In this document: positions 46,746 through 60,318 of the stretch, in pieces
Layout of the letters: each line of letters starts with the position of its first letter
Numbering within the stretch: position 1 is the stretch's first letter
DNA from: Trichoplax adhaerens
Taxonomy: Eukaryota; Animalia; Placozoa
Assembly (NCBI RefSeq): GCF_000150275.1
Contig: NW_002060950.1
Coordinates: forward strand, 254,679-318,678
Reading direction: 5' to 3'
Length of the DNA stretch: 64,000 nt
The notes under the pieces: generated by a model
Told to the model about the DNA's origin: nothing
What the model saw: only the letters and a program-made list of their open reading frames with translations
The model's database searches: none
Position numbers and translations under genes: made by a program

Positions 46746-46782
46746 TAGAGGTAAAAGAGAAAGCTTTTCTTTTACATCCCTC
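46746..46782 (-). repeat. Inverted partial copy of the array unit
   Basis: tagaggtaaaagagaaagcttttcttttacatccctc resembles the reverse complement of the unit's gagggggaaagaagctttttcttttacc(c/t)cta segment. Confidence 0.7.
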
Positions 46783-46808
46783 CAAGTGGTACGGTGATAG
46801 ACTAATAG

Positions 46809-46923
46809 CAGGGACTACTCAACCAAAAATTCTCCCTCAAAAGCCGGTGTATTTTTAGTATACTGTAGGGGGAAATTTTTTAGCGGCGGCGATTGAGGAG
46901 AATTTTTAGTTGAGTAGTCCCTG
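46809..46923. mobile_element. 115-bp MITE with about 31-bp terminal inverted repeats (hAT-like CAGGG ends)
   Basis: Left end cagggactactcaaccaaaaattctccctcaa; reverse complement of right end cagggactactcaactaaaaattctcctcaa. Flanks actaatag / ataatag look like an 8-bp TSD with one deletion. Confidence 0.85.
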
Positions 46924-47322
46924 ATAATAGTAAAATGTCCCATTCCTTATACTTTACAAGATGGAAATTCATTTTACCATACAGGATGAGTACAGTAGAG
47001 TACATAGTGTGTATTTCATGCCACAGAGATGTAAAAATAATTCTTGATATCTCTATCATTTCACGTAGAGTAAAAGATATGGAAAAAACGTACTGTATAA
47101 ACTAGGGCGATTGCCAACTTACATACATACAATCTGAATAGTGTGGATGCATCAACTTTTACATAGCTATAGCTAATAATCTTCATTCATAAATAGAATA
47201 CACAAAAATGTATAAGTAATACATACTGTACAGTGTACACCATTCAATTCATTGATAATTCGATATATATATATGTTATATATATAATTAATGAATTAGA
47301 GTAATGGATTCTAAATTCGCAA

Positions 47323-50300
47323 TTACATCCTAAATACGCTAAATTTAGATTTTTCGAGCGATATACTACAGCTTAGATGTAAGCACATTCCTAATATTTT
47401 TCTGGTATCAGCAGGCTCAATAATCCCGTCATCCCATAACCTGGAATAAAGGCAGATGGTGTTAACAGTGCATCGTCTTATCACTATAAAGTTGACCACA
47501 ATCATTTTTGAATACAATCGAATGAACTAAGTTATATCTGTAGACGACTGGCATTATCAATATTGACCAGTCATATTTTATTTTATTTTATTAATTGATG
47601 CATACATTCATAACTATTTATAGTCTTAATCTACCTTGCTGAAGCATAGTATGGATGTCCCTCATAATTTCCGACAACTGACTCTTTTACAGCTTCTACC
47701 TTTGTTGCTGCCTATTTGAAATTATGTGAAATGAATAATGGTGAAGAAACTTGTCATTTAAAAAACCATCTAGTCGATTGCGGACTACAAATAAGACTAC
47801 AGCACTGTCAGCGAATAAACGATAAAACCCTTCTCAATATTATGTGCTTGCTTCATTGCAATTGTTAACATGCGCTGATTAGTTAGAGTATATTACTGTT
47901 TTATTTTCGCCTTCCTTCTGGTAAGCAGTGACGTTAGCTTGAGCATCTTCAATCTGCTCTTCTTCCATTCTCGAAGTGCTTGAATTCGGCCAAGTAAATA
48001 AAAATCTAGGGCTGCAAATTAAGTATAGATTTACGGCACTCTATCTGTATAGACTAAAGTACCATGGCATTGATAATAACTTTGAAAAGATTGACACCCT
48101 CTACATGATAAAATTGATGTACAAACCCGTAAGGTCTACCAGCCATTGATAGGCTACCGACCCCATAGTTCCCACCAATAACAACGGTTAGCTTCGGAAC
48201 TTTTGCACAAGCGATAGCAGCAATCATCTTGGCTCCATTCTTTGCTATTCCTCCAGCTTCATGTTCTCTTCCCACCATAAAACCTAGACCTATCACAAGG
48301 TATAGATATGACTTGGACATTAACGATACTATTGCATTCAACTATTTTTATACCCCAATGTTCATACAGATTGTTAAATGTACACTATGTTTCTTTTGCA
48401 TACATATTCTTCTACTACGTTATACCATGAACTACCGGAATTAGTTACCCTCATTATTAATATTCTATTTGTTGGCTATTCCATATACTAAGCAGAAGGG
48501 GACATAATTATTTACCGGTAATATTTTCTAGGAATACTATCGGCAGGTCACGCTGGCAACATAGTTCAATGAAATGTGTACCCTAGATACGGTATTGGAT
48601 AATAAAACGGCGGTTATAGCGAATATAGGTATGCAATTATTATTAGATAATCCACTATTTATCAAAAATTGATAGCAAAACAATTGTTAAGAATAGACGA
48701 CACCCGCTAATTATTTAATTAGTCAACAGTGGTAACTTTTAGATACCTTCAACGCTGATTCTGATGACATAACACCATTATTTGCAATTATACCAACCAG
48801 AAATCCATGTAAACGAGCAAATCCTAACGCATTGTTAACATTTACCTCTTTTATGCAATATGTTTGTACCGAAGGCAAATGTTGCAATCTCTAGCCCAAG
48901 TCATCGCGACAACTATAGATCATATTTACCTGTAACTAACGTTGTACCGAAATTTTCTTTAAATTCATGAAATCTACTGCCATCAACCAATCTTGCGATA
49001 ACCTACAGTACACGTATTATATTAAAAGGTGGTAGTTCTCAGTAGAGGTGCTACTGTATTACTACAAATGTATACTTTAATAAAAGGTATCCGTCAATAT
49101 AGTCAATTTAAATAATTGTTAATTAATTATCAGACATTTAAACACGTCCATCCCTAAAATTATAAAATTCATCATCTGCCGATTTAAGTGTACAGTAGTT
49201 ACCTGTCTAACATCATAACTACTTTCCGAATTGTCCCCTACTATTCCATAGACTTCATCTGATGGGTAAGCTGGTTCTTCGGGGGGCAATATTTCATTCT
49301 TAGGTGTGACAATCAGGCAGCAAGTACATATAGATAAGAATCCTTAAGATTATTCCATTTCATAGAAACTGCGTTTAAATTACTGTAAAGAGACTTACTT
49401 TAATCTCTCTTCTGTGAGCAAGAGTAGAAATAATTTGTCGAGCTAAATGCATTGCATGATCGTCATCCGCTGCTATGTGGTCGCTTACCCCTGAAATACT
49501 TAAAGATCAAAAAACCTTGGATTATCTTATATTAATAATCACTAAACGAATAATACCCCAAGTCTGCAACGAAAATATCATGATATACTACTTACCTGCA
49601 GTGAATATCAGCCCCTCCAAGTTCCTCTGCACTGACAATTTCACCAGTAGCAGCCTTGACCTGAATTATTGATCGAAAAATAAAAATTAGCTCATAATGT
49701 AATGCACTGTCATCTAGACTAACGGTATATCACAAGATAATATAAGAGTATTTAATAATTGAATAAAATGCGACAGTAGTATCTCATTAGTGAATACCTA
49801 CCAGAGGTGGGCCACCAAGAAATAAAGTTCCTTGGTTTTTGACCATAATAACTTCATCAGACATTGCCGGTACATATGCACCGCCAGCAGTGCATGATCC
49901 TAATACTATAGCGACCTTATTACAGTGGTAAGTAAATATTTTATATTGATGTAGGTTGTACTTTTTGGTAAATCTGTTAAATAGTTATTAAGCTAAGTTC
50001 AGGATCAAGGATCAATATTAGTCTCTTACCTGTTTAATACCAGCCGCTGACATTTTCGCCTGATTATAGAAAGTTCTGCCAAAATGATATTTATCAGCAA
50101 ATCCTTCAGATTGTAAAGGGAGATATCCTCCACCGGATTCCACTAGGCAATTTAGAGTGCAATAAAATTAGATATATTCGTATGAGAAACTTGAATAAGA
50201 TATTCCTGAACTTATTCTGCTCAATTATTAATATAAGCTCCGTAGCATTACAGACAGCGATATCAGGTGATAAAAGGAATTTGATGAAATGATTACAGTT

Positions 50301-52068
50301 ATAAAAATTTGTAGCTAGAATGTGGTTATATTACTCAGTGCATTGCATAATACTCTATGTAATCAGTTTATCAAGAGCGCAACTGTCTACCTAAATAGAC
50401 ACAGGGTAACTGATTCTCGAAAGCTATATCTTGGGCCCTGAGTTGTTTTTTCATAGTGAGGGGATAGTAAGTTCCACCTTTAACCGTTGGATCATTCGTG
50501 ATAATCATGCATTCAGTACTAGCAATCATACAATCACAACAACAATTGATTAATAGAGCATGCACTGGTTAATAGGGTAACTCATGAAGGTGAAATACTA
50601 GTTTGAAAGGTTTTCAAAATATTCAAAACTAAGTTTTAGAAAATAATAGTGCTTATAGCTAACAAGTTGCTGAACTTAATTCATGAGCTTACCCAGATAT
50701 ACGGCCGATTCCTGTAATCATGCCTGCTGCTGGAACATGATCTTTATAGCAGTTGTATGCAGCGAGTTGAGAGAGTTCCAAGAAAGGAGAGCTAAATTAA
50801 AAAATAATAATAAAGTGAAACGAGTTTAGGAATTACGACAATAATCGCTACAGCGGTATGATCCAGCGTTAAACTTGTATGAACAAGAAAGATTCGAGTG
50901 AGAAGCTGAGATTATCGTTACTGATTCATCTCAAGCTTGATGAAATAATAATTAAGACGAAAATTATAAAAATTATAGTTTTACCCTGAATCCAGAAGCC
51001 TATTTAATCGATCACGAGGTAATAACTTGTTTTTTGCTACATGGCTTTGGCGAGCTTTCTCTCTACCTCCTATATAGCATTTTCGTTTGTAAATATTTTG
51101 ATATAATAAATGCTGTATATAGCTTTAAAAGAGATAAATTATGATTATAGCTAGATACCAGTAAGTATCAAAATCACGATGCCAATTAATTATTGAATCG
51201 TAAGTAAATCAAATATATAATCGTTATTGCATACAGTCTTCTGCATTTGTTTACAATTTCTGGGATACATTAAAATGACCTGATAACTGAAATACATATA
51301 TTTTCTTTGCGAGCTACGAATAACAAGCACTGGTTATATCAAACTTATTATTACATGCACAATGTGAGCTAAGTGAATCCTGGAAACCTAAACCTAGGCA
51401 ATGATATCAACGGAATAAATACTGTACAGCAGCTATTGTCATATCGATAAGATGCCTAAATGCACTTTGCGAATATTGGTAATTACGGCAGTCCTATGTC
51501 TTTATTCTTTGATTTAGTAGAACTTAATCCGTTGATAAAGCAATCAAATAAGGTAAATAGTACTTCAGATATATGATATCAGTTTGCTAGGAATGAAGTT
51601 GTTCACTAAGTTACCCATCACTGTTGTAGCTACTAATACCAGTTTTGCTGATACAAAGTAATCGCAACCAGGGTTGATCATACCTTGCTTAATCATCTCA
51701 CTAATCTTACGCAAATTCTCGACCAGTTTCTTATTTCTGGAGAACTTTTTCTGTAGATTAAATTAATGTTATTTAGGATTGAAGCTATTGCTTTCATCGG
51801 TAATAAACCATAGCTGCAAGACACTATTAAATCCATTCCATCGCAATAATGGTGCAAAGCAGTACCGTAGCCAAACATTGTACAAGAAGCATACGGTATC
51901 TAATACATAATAGCAAAGATTAACCTGATATTCTTCCGAATTGGTATCAATTGTCGATGAAATTACTTTCAAGGAGTTATCATTTTGATGATATTTGTTG
52001 AATGGCTGGCGATTTATTGAAGTAAATTGGCTTAGCTTTATTAACTTTGAAGATCTTAACCTGAACAT
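47323..52068 (-). CDS. MCCC2: Methylcrotonyl-CoA carboxylase beta subunit-like carboxyltransferase, mitochondrial
   Basis: N-terminus [15 protein letters not shown] resembles a mitochondrial presequence. Exons give [103 protein letters not shown] and the terminal FSVFRM*. Confidence 0.9.
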
Positions 52069-52655
52069 GATTTTAGTTGTCTGAGTTTCTTCCTGATTCC
52101 ATAGGCAATACAATAATACAGTACTACGTATAATTTTTCGAATAGCAACTTCTCTTAACGACAGCTATCCAGTTAAGGCTAGTTATTAGCCATTGAACTG
52201 TAATCTAATCAGGGCTATTTCTTACTGAATGCTTACAAAAATTGTAAAATTATCTTAGCATAAACTAACGTAATAGAAGGCGTTTCATCGATGAACATTC
52301 GATTAACGGTTTTATGGCTCACACTACCGTCACACCTACCCCAGGCATAGAGTCTGTTGTTGCTCACTCTCCTGTTACTGTACTTTATACTGTACTGTAG
52401 AGAGCGCACTAGGTAGTGTGATACCGACCGTATCGGCTTAGCTGCCATGCAATCTTGCTTTATTTACTATACATGCACTGCACAACTTAGTATAATATGG
52501 ATACCGCATCATAGCAAAATGCTCTTCCATTACCTCTGCGATTTAGTTTAAAACAAACTTCAGAAAGGCATTCGCACTATGCTAGCAAGAATCATTAATT
52601 TCCCAAAAACGAACTAGCTAATTAGCGAGTAACCAGTTTTAAATACAGGTACATT

Positions 52656-52691
52656 TAGGGACTTCTGAGGGAAATTCTTTTACAGTCCCTA
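52656..52691. mobile_element. 36-bp remnant with TAGGGACT/AGTCCCTA ends, related to the 46809 MITE
   Basis: Perfect 8-bp inverted ends plus internal gggaaatt, which also occurs in the 115-bp element. No TSD seen. Confidence 0.4.
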
Positions 52692-53775
52692 GATCAATGC
52701 ACGATATTATGTACACATATCTATGATACACTTCGAAATGAAGAATCATGGTAAAGGAAAATATTAAATGTGTCATATCAGTTCAGAATTTGACAAAAAT
52801 TACTATACTGTAGCTTGTGTACCTAAAAATATATTCTGATAGATTATTCATTTCGTTGGCATCATTCAAATACTATTGAATTGCATCAATATTATAAATG
52901 TAAACTAGTTAGACGTACTGCGACCCACGTTCAACACATAACAAGCATTATTTTATTGTAATTCTTATTCATCATAATATAAATCATATAGACGTAATAC
53001 AGGTATTTTGATAAGACAGTAGAATTAGCTTTGAAATCATTTAGTTAATATACGTATAGATCATGAAATCTTGTCAGCAATACATGTTTAAATGTTTGAT
53101 TTATTCGACTTTATTACAAGTCGTCACATTATTCTAAGTATAATTCTATGCCAGCATCAGATGAAGAAATAATTTACTATATAAATATATAATCAAAATC
53201 ATTGGGTAAGCGATTTATGGATAAACATAAAATCCGTCTCAAACATTTGCAATGAATAAAATCCTTAAATAACATTAAAGTCACAATGATAGTAAATTGG
53301 TATTTTCGCGGTAGACATCCTGAATTAGCTAATTTGAACGTACATGTATTACATGCAGAAATGTTTAAATACGAGGGCAGCCAAACTTCAAATGCATTAC
53401 ACTTATTAAACTAAAAATTATCATCAAATTATATTACCGGGACGTTTCGCAATCATGTAAATAAATAGATTTAACTACATCAATCTATTTTGAGATGAAA
53501 TAATTTTTTTAAATTATTCAACAGAATCAGAATATGCAATTAAAAATCATGGAAATACAACATCCAATTTCGTATACTAACCATCTATTCATAGACAGAT
53601 GCATACATTCACATATCGAAGTCAAATTTTCATGTAAAACATTAGCTAATAAATACAAACTCTCGCTTTTGGCGCATAAATCTGAGTTTTATATTTCATA
53701 CCAGGAATCATATTATAGATTCATTATTTACTGTATTATTTACATAAAATTCATTTAAATTCTTGCATTTGAAAC

Positions 53776-56700
53776 TTAATTAATTGTTGTTTCCGAATTT
53801 TGAATAGCTTTATATTCTCTTTCTAGGTCTTTATCGGTAATTGAAATATCATTTGCCTAAGATAAATTTTGTAGTATTAGCTTAATCAATAGCTGCACTC
53901 TCAATATTTTTGGAATAGGAAAGATATGCATTCATTACAACAATGAAATTTATTTTGACGTTGTATTATAATATTAACAGACATTAGATAGAAGACGTTC
54001 ATACATAAAATGTTACCTCCCGTAATAGTGCGTTATTGACAAATATCTCTGCTGGTAGATTTTTCAATCTTCTCAGTGTATCGTGCATACTACAGTATGA
54101 TACAGTGCGTGGCAGTTCAGATACAACTAAGTATTATTGCTTTTCAGAATATATTTCATTGTAACAAAATTTTTCATTGTCTTAGATGATGCAGTATACC
54201 TAGACGACGAATCCAATTTTTCTTTAGAGTCGAAGGTCAACTTGATTGTAGCAATAGCAACCTTGTGGATTATCTTAACATCTTAAAAATTAAAAATATT
54301 GTTCAAAAATTAAAGACCTATGATAAAGAAACGGTACCTATCAAACATTATATCAATATACTGACTTTCTATAAATAACAAATCCCATACTCGCAACACT
54401 AAAGACCACGGAAGAGTTCTGTGTTAAAATATAATAATATCACTTACTAACGCTTAACATACACCATTATTCCAAAAGAGATTTCTCTAAATTAACTTAC
54501 CGAGCAAAGGCACACATATACCATTCAGTCATAAACATCAAAGGTTCGATATTTAGTTTATCCTAAAGATTATACGAATTACTATAGATCAATTACAGTC
54601 TTCTATAACCGATACTAAATATTCACAATGCAAAATCGATAAAATGCTATTTGTACGCTTATAATTAAATTTAATTAAATACTTTACATCAAAAATTGCG
54701 AAAAACTATGTCAGACTACGAATATATTTAACCTAGATGCATACAACAATAAAATCTAGCTCTGATAGAACACTAGTAAAGTCACCCACCAAATGTTCCC
54801 TAACCGCCGGTGCATGCCTTTGAAGTAATGCATAAAATACTTGTCCTTCCAATTGTATCGCTTCCTAAAATATATTGTCAATCATACGAATCAATGTGCT
54901 TCATACACCCAATGAATATACTGTATTAAAACAAATAACACTATTAATATATATTAATGTATCATATCGATATTTTGAACCCAAAGTAACTAACCAATCC
55001 AGGACTGAAAAAGCCAGATAAATATTTTTCACACACTGTTACAAAACACCAAAATGCATCCTATGATATACAAAGGAATTTAATAAAAGCATTATAGAAA
55101 TAAGAAAGATGAGGCAAAATGTCTATAAAACAATTCAACACTAACCTCAGTCGTCATATGCATCAATAGTAAAGCTCCAATTGGTGCCATAGCCTATGTG
55201 AAACATGCACGTAAATAACAGAAATAGAAGTACTGTAATTACTCCTTAATATTATTGATTAGTACAATGCATGTATGCCTGTACTGTACACATAGAGTGA
55301 CAGAATTAGACAAGCTTTTCCTATCATTTTTAACACACTATACATATATGAATATAAAGCAATGTGCACCGGAATAGGGACTCAAAGTGTTTCATTAACA
55401 AGTCACCAATGAAATGACTTAGAGTAACACACTAGCATTATAGAGTAATCAAGTCTATCTGCAAAAAGGAGTTTTACCACATACAAGTATTGTACAAGTT
55501 TACAGCTCTAAACTACTGTCGATTTAGGAACATGGATAATAAGTACCAGTATTAAATAATTCTATCCCAAAATAGCTGATAAAAATGACCAATCTACAGA
55601 ACTTAGCTAAGCATACTAAAATATTTATATAAAATCTAATTTAAAAAGGTATCCAAAATCAAAATGCATTAAATCTACTGTTTTATGCACTTTTAAGGGC
55701 ATATAAAGATCTATCTATCTATCATAGGATAACCCCTAACTCTATAACTTTACTGTAAATATTAACCACTGACTCTACATTAGCCAAAAATTACATCATA
55801 ATTACCTGACAATAACCGATTGAAGGATTATGTACAGAGTATGCTTGCAGAATTCTTAGTAACTCTCTTTGCCTGATAAAATTGTAAGATATTGCGTTAA
55901 GTATTGGATTAAAAAATATTCGTCATTTACTGAAAACAAAGGGTTATAAGTATCATCGATTCGTTACAATGTTAACGAAAGTTAATCTGTAGATAATTGA
56001 TTCAATATTGTATGTGAGATCAAATCCAGAATCAAATGTGTCAACTATACATTAGTAAACATTTATTAAATTTAAAGGCCAATAACGAAGGAGATGTCCA
56101 AATAATCAAGTACTGCGCAACTTGTACAATACACAGTAAAAAATTGAACTTACGATTCAATTACCAAAAATATATGAACAATGCATAAAAAAATATTCAT
56201 TTAATTGAAGGTCTATGACGAATAATAATATGCAAATACGCAAGCACTATACAACTTACATAAATTAGAGTAGAAATTAAACTTATGATGCAGATTCATT
56301 AGGGTTTATAACTCACCCAGGACCTCCATTTTTAGAAAACATTTCGTGGTACGGAAAAGCTCGACCAATATCTTTCTTAATATCGCGCATTACCGATTCA
56401 TCAACCTTTTGTGACAATAGTTTCTATTGAAATCTTCAAATATTAGTAAAGTAACAATGATACAACATGAACCAATATTAATGTAATCTATTACATAGTT
56501 TTAAAATAGGTTAGATTATTCCTTTGAAACTTGTACAATACCAAAGTATTATTAATAATACAATCTAGAGATAGAAATTATCGATATAATCTAAAGTTTT
56601 AATTAAACATCTTACGTCAAATTCTCCTTCATGTTTTTTCTGTATTTCATAAGATCCCGATAGAAATTGCCATGCCTTACCGCGAACCGATGACGGTATC

Positions 56701-58287
56701 CCTTTACGACATCTTTCTATTACCTAGAACACGAGATACGACGCTAATTTTTAATTCATATAATGAGGTTATTTTGTATCGAATGCAATTCGGTTAAATG
56801 AATTTAGCCATACATATTGATTCCTAAATTAGTTCCGGGCATTGCTATTTCCATGCAAACATAAAGACTTATCATTTAACTAACGTATACGATAACAATA
56901 CGGAATATGATAAGATTATAACTTTATGACTGCAGAGACTATCGCAGAGTACCCGGAGAGATCATGAACAATATGTGGGAAAACTTGAGAGAAGTACCAT
57001 ACGGAACCGCTTTTTTATCGTAACTAACATTCACTTTACTTATTTAGCACTAAAATTTCGCAATTAGTAGATAGACTAGTTCTCTGTCTTTCTTTATAAT
57101 AATAGACAAGGCATAAAATCGTCCTTTAATAGCAATTCTAACCTTCTTATGCCTCCAACGCATCCATCTCTTCCACGATTTCAAATCGTTTGTCATACTG
57201 ACCCATTTACGTTCTCGTCTCATACCGACTCTACCTACAACAGTATCGTCGCTACAACTTTGGAGATAAAGTCAGCAAAGAATTATTCTAAGTATGATAC
57301 CAAGTGTCGGGATATAAACATGCTAGAGTATTTGATAAGTTTAGTACAATCTTACTTTTCAAGTTGGCTGCCGCCTTGAAATCCATAGCGATCGGTTTTC
57401 ATCTGTCTATATTATTGGCAAAGATTAGAAAATCCTTGAATAAAGACTGTTTTTATTCTATTTTTTATTTATACATAAATCACATATAAATTATCATAAG
57501 TTAGTATTTACAACTTTTAGTGCTATTAATGAATTAATGAACTAAAGAATGCCTCATTTAAAGAAATCAGTGTTCAATATACTACATCAAGCTAAGACTC
57601 ATCTACTGCTATTCTCTCAGTATACAATTTTCAGTACTACTAATGAGTAAGGCCATGCCTCGTCTAAAGAAGTTAGTACTCACAAAACAAACCGAAACTC
57701 TCCTACTGTTGCAAAATTACGCTGCTATGGTGTATACAGTGACCATAATTTGATCATAAGGCTAATGTGTAACTGATAGATACGTTTCGCACTACAATTT
57801 AAGATATACATGCACATTCGATATGTCTGGATAGTACATTTTTTAATCTCACTGTGAGTACACTATTTACTGTAGGTTCAAAATTAGAGAATTTATCAAC
57901 ATACCGAATGCAAAGAAAATGACTAAAGCAATCAAATTTACTACAAAGCGCTACTACGTATCTTAATTTGAGTTAATCGTTCATCAAATCTAGTGTACTT
58001 GTATTCTATGCTACATGTAATGCAACCGTTCCTATCAGCTTCTTCTTTTATTCAGTACATTACTTTTCTTTATCAAAATAACTGACTCAAGACAAAGAAT
58101 ATTAATAATAAATAAGTTCAATCTGACACATTTATCCGCTTCTAGTGAATACGCAATTTTCTCATCAATACGAAAGTTATAAATACGTATACGTATACTG
58201 TACGTCTACATGTGTTGAAAATCTCTCTCTAATATATACGTACTCGCTGTCTATAGAATCATCCCTGTCGCTATCGTCGTCGCTCAT
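53776..58287 (-). CDS. TBC1D10: TBC-domain Rab GTPase-activating protein, TBC1D10 family
   Basis: MSDDDSDRDDS, TDRYGFQGGSQ, RRERKWVSM, ERCRKGIPSSVRGKAWQFLSGS, IKKDIGRAFPYHEMF (IxxDxxR arginine finger), GYCQAMAPI (glutamine finger), [24 protein letters not shown]; ends ...NSETTIN*. Confidence 0.88.
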
Positions 58288-60026
58288 TTTTCCGGCCGTG
58301 GTGTAGACAGTATTTGTGAATACTGACGCGATTGACGTCTAGAGAAATAAAATACACAGTTTTAATTTTAAAAAGGATCAAAAAAACATTATTATCGTAC
58401 GTCATCAAATTCTATTATTTCATTAACTGAATTTTAAATTCATTCTGTCAGAAGGTGTAGCAACAATTACCTTTATTACTTTCTATACAACAGCTGTTTT
58501 GATAACTAATTCGTTAGTAAATACTAATCACCTGTGCATCTAGAGTATTACTGTCGAAGTTAGTTGTGGTAGAAAAAATGATCGTGATCTTGATCAGTCT
58601 CAGTTCAGAGTTTTTAATCAATGTTGTATGATTAGTGTTGTACTGTTGCTCTCAAATTATCCAAAAATATGTATTGGATAAGACAGTGCCAAACGACTCT
58701 GTCAGTAGTTGCTCTTTTTATGTATTAATTATTCTAAACTCTAGATATCCATATATATAGTTTACACACTTTATAAATCTAACTCCATATCATAAATTGA
58801 ATGGTACCCATCATGAATCCATTTTTAAGTATTTTTCATTGCAATAGAAGCAACATCATAAAATGGTCTCCTAGAAAAAGGACTACTACCCAGAGTACTA
58901 TAGTACCATATAAAATATGCTAGATACGGAAGTGGATCAGTACCATTGACAAATGAAGTCTTGCAACTTTCATGTCCAAATAGTACAGTAGAGGCTTTTT
59001 CGATTGCTTTTGTAACAATAGCAATATTAAGGTAGATATCTATTGTATGAAAAACATTTTAACATGGCAATGTGCTATACGATTTAAAATGAATCAAGAT
59101 TTCTGAGCAGTAATCGACTGCATAAGAATGATACAGCACAATAGGATTGGAAGAAGTATCACTGTTGCAAAATCGTGTGATGTTATAAAAGCAAATAATT
59201 GTAAGTGTACAGTAGACCCGATTGCACCGTACGTCCAGCACAGTAAAAGTTTTAGGAGCGACTAAAATTTAAATTTATACGTACTTGGAACTAAGATTAA
59301 ATACCGCACCAAAAATAGTTACGTATAGCCGTAATTGAGGAATTGGCAATACCCTACAAATTATCATATCTATTTAATTCAAAATGTGCCAGCTATCAAG
59401 TAAACAATAAAATGGACGTGTCTATCCATAGTATTTAGTATAAAATCTCAATCACTATTGAAGGTGCTCGAGGCCAAGTCACTCTGAAAGTAACATGAAC
59501 ATCAATGACAACTTTGGAATCTTGAATAGACGGTCAAGCAAGGTGATCAACATAGCGTGTATCGTCTCAACATCAATGTCAAGCATAGAAATGGACTCCG
59601 CTGAACATATAATTTCTTACAGCCTCAACCAACAATTTTTCTCGCATGCAACATGTGCAGTATGTTCATAACGGAGATTTTTTAAAATTATCCATTGCAG
59701 TACAACTATCGTGTGTAGTTACTACGCATTTAGCCTTTAGTAATATTGAGAGCACCATGAGAGTAGTCTTACTGACAGCTTGTGCCATTCATACAGTCAT
59801 GTTTTATTTCCTGCATAGAAAGTGAATTGAACGATTTATCAACTCACCAGTCAGTCAACAGTTGCCAGTTGTACTTGACTTCAAAACGGAAAATAGGATT
59901 GCTGTTTTCTTATTTTGGACACCGGCCTGGAATGATTTTTTTCACATACTCTGCTGCTTTATTTACTGTATATACTACGTCTTCGAAATTTTGCATTGCT
60001 TTCGGTTAAGGTTAAAGACCCCCATC

Positions 60027-60166
60027 CATATACTGTACTGTATACAGTACAGTACAGTATATGGTTGGTGCAGATGTACGTCTAGTCGTCCAGTTGTACA
60101 AGGCTTACAGTGTACAGTATGTAAGTACATGCACTATAACTACTGTACTGTACGTACACTGTACTG
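60027..60166. repeat. Palindromic TACTG/CAGTA micro-repeat cluster upstream of the tRNA
   Basis: catatactgtactgtatacagtacagtacagtatatg (60027-60063) is nearly self-complementary; more tactgtactgtac repeats follow to about 60166. Confidence 0.7.
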
Positions 60167-60235
60167 AAGAAAGAGGTTGCTGATTGAATAATGTTAAAAT
60201 TCAAATATTAATGGGTTAGTAAATAGACTTGTAGA

Positions 60236-60307
60236 TCCCGCGTGGTCTAGTGGTTAGGATCCGGCGCTCTCACCGCCGTGGCCGGGGTTCGATTCCCCGC
60301 ACGGGAA
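60236..60307 (+). tRNA. tRNA-Glu (anticodon CTC)
   Basis: 72-nt cloverleaf: TCCCGCG/CACGGGA acceptor stem, A box TGGTCTAGTGG, CGGCG-CTCTCAC-CGCCG anticodon arm, B box GGTTCGATTCC. Confidence 0.97.
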
Positions 60308-60318
60308 TTTATTTTTTT
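60308..60318 (+). terminator. RNA polymerase III oligo-T terminator
   Basis: tttattttttt immediately after the tRNA discriminator base. Confidence 0.8.

Noticed and set aside
49130-49178. Intronic C/D box snoRNA in MCCC2 (ATGATGA...CTGA on the minus strand)
   Set aside because: Under 50 nt between boxes, no convincing terminal stem or recognisable rRNA guide.
59495-59826. Near-continuous plus-strand reading frame and exon-like pieces on the minus strand
   Set aside because: The frame breaks at a T run, the implied introns are too short or ambiguous, and no homology is recognisable.
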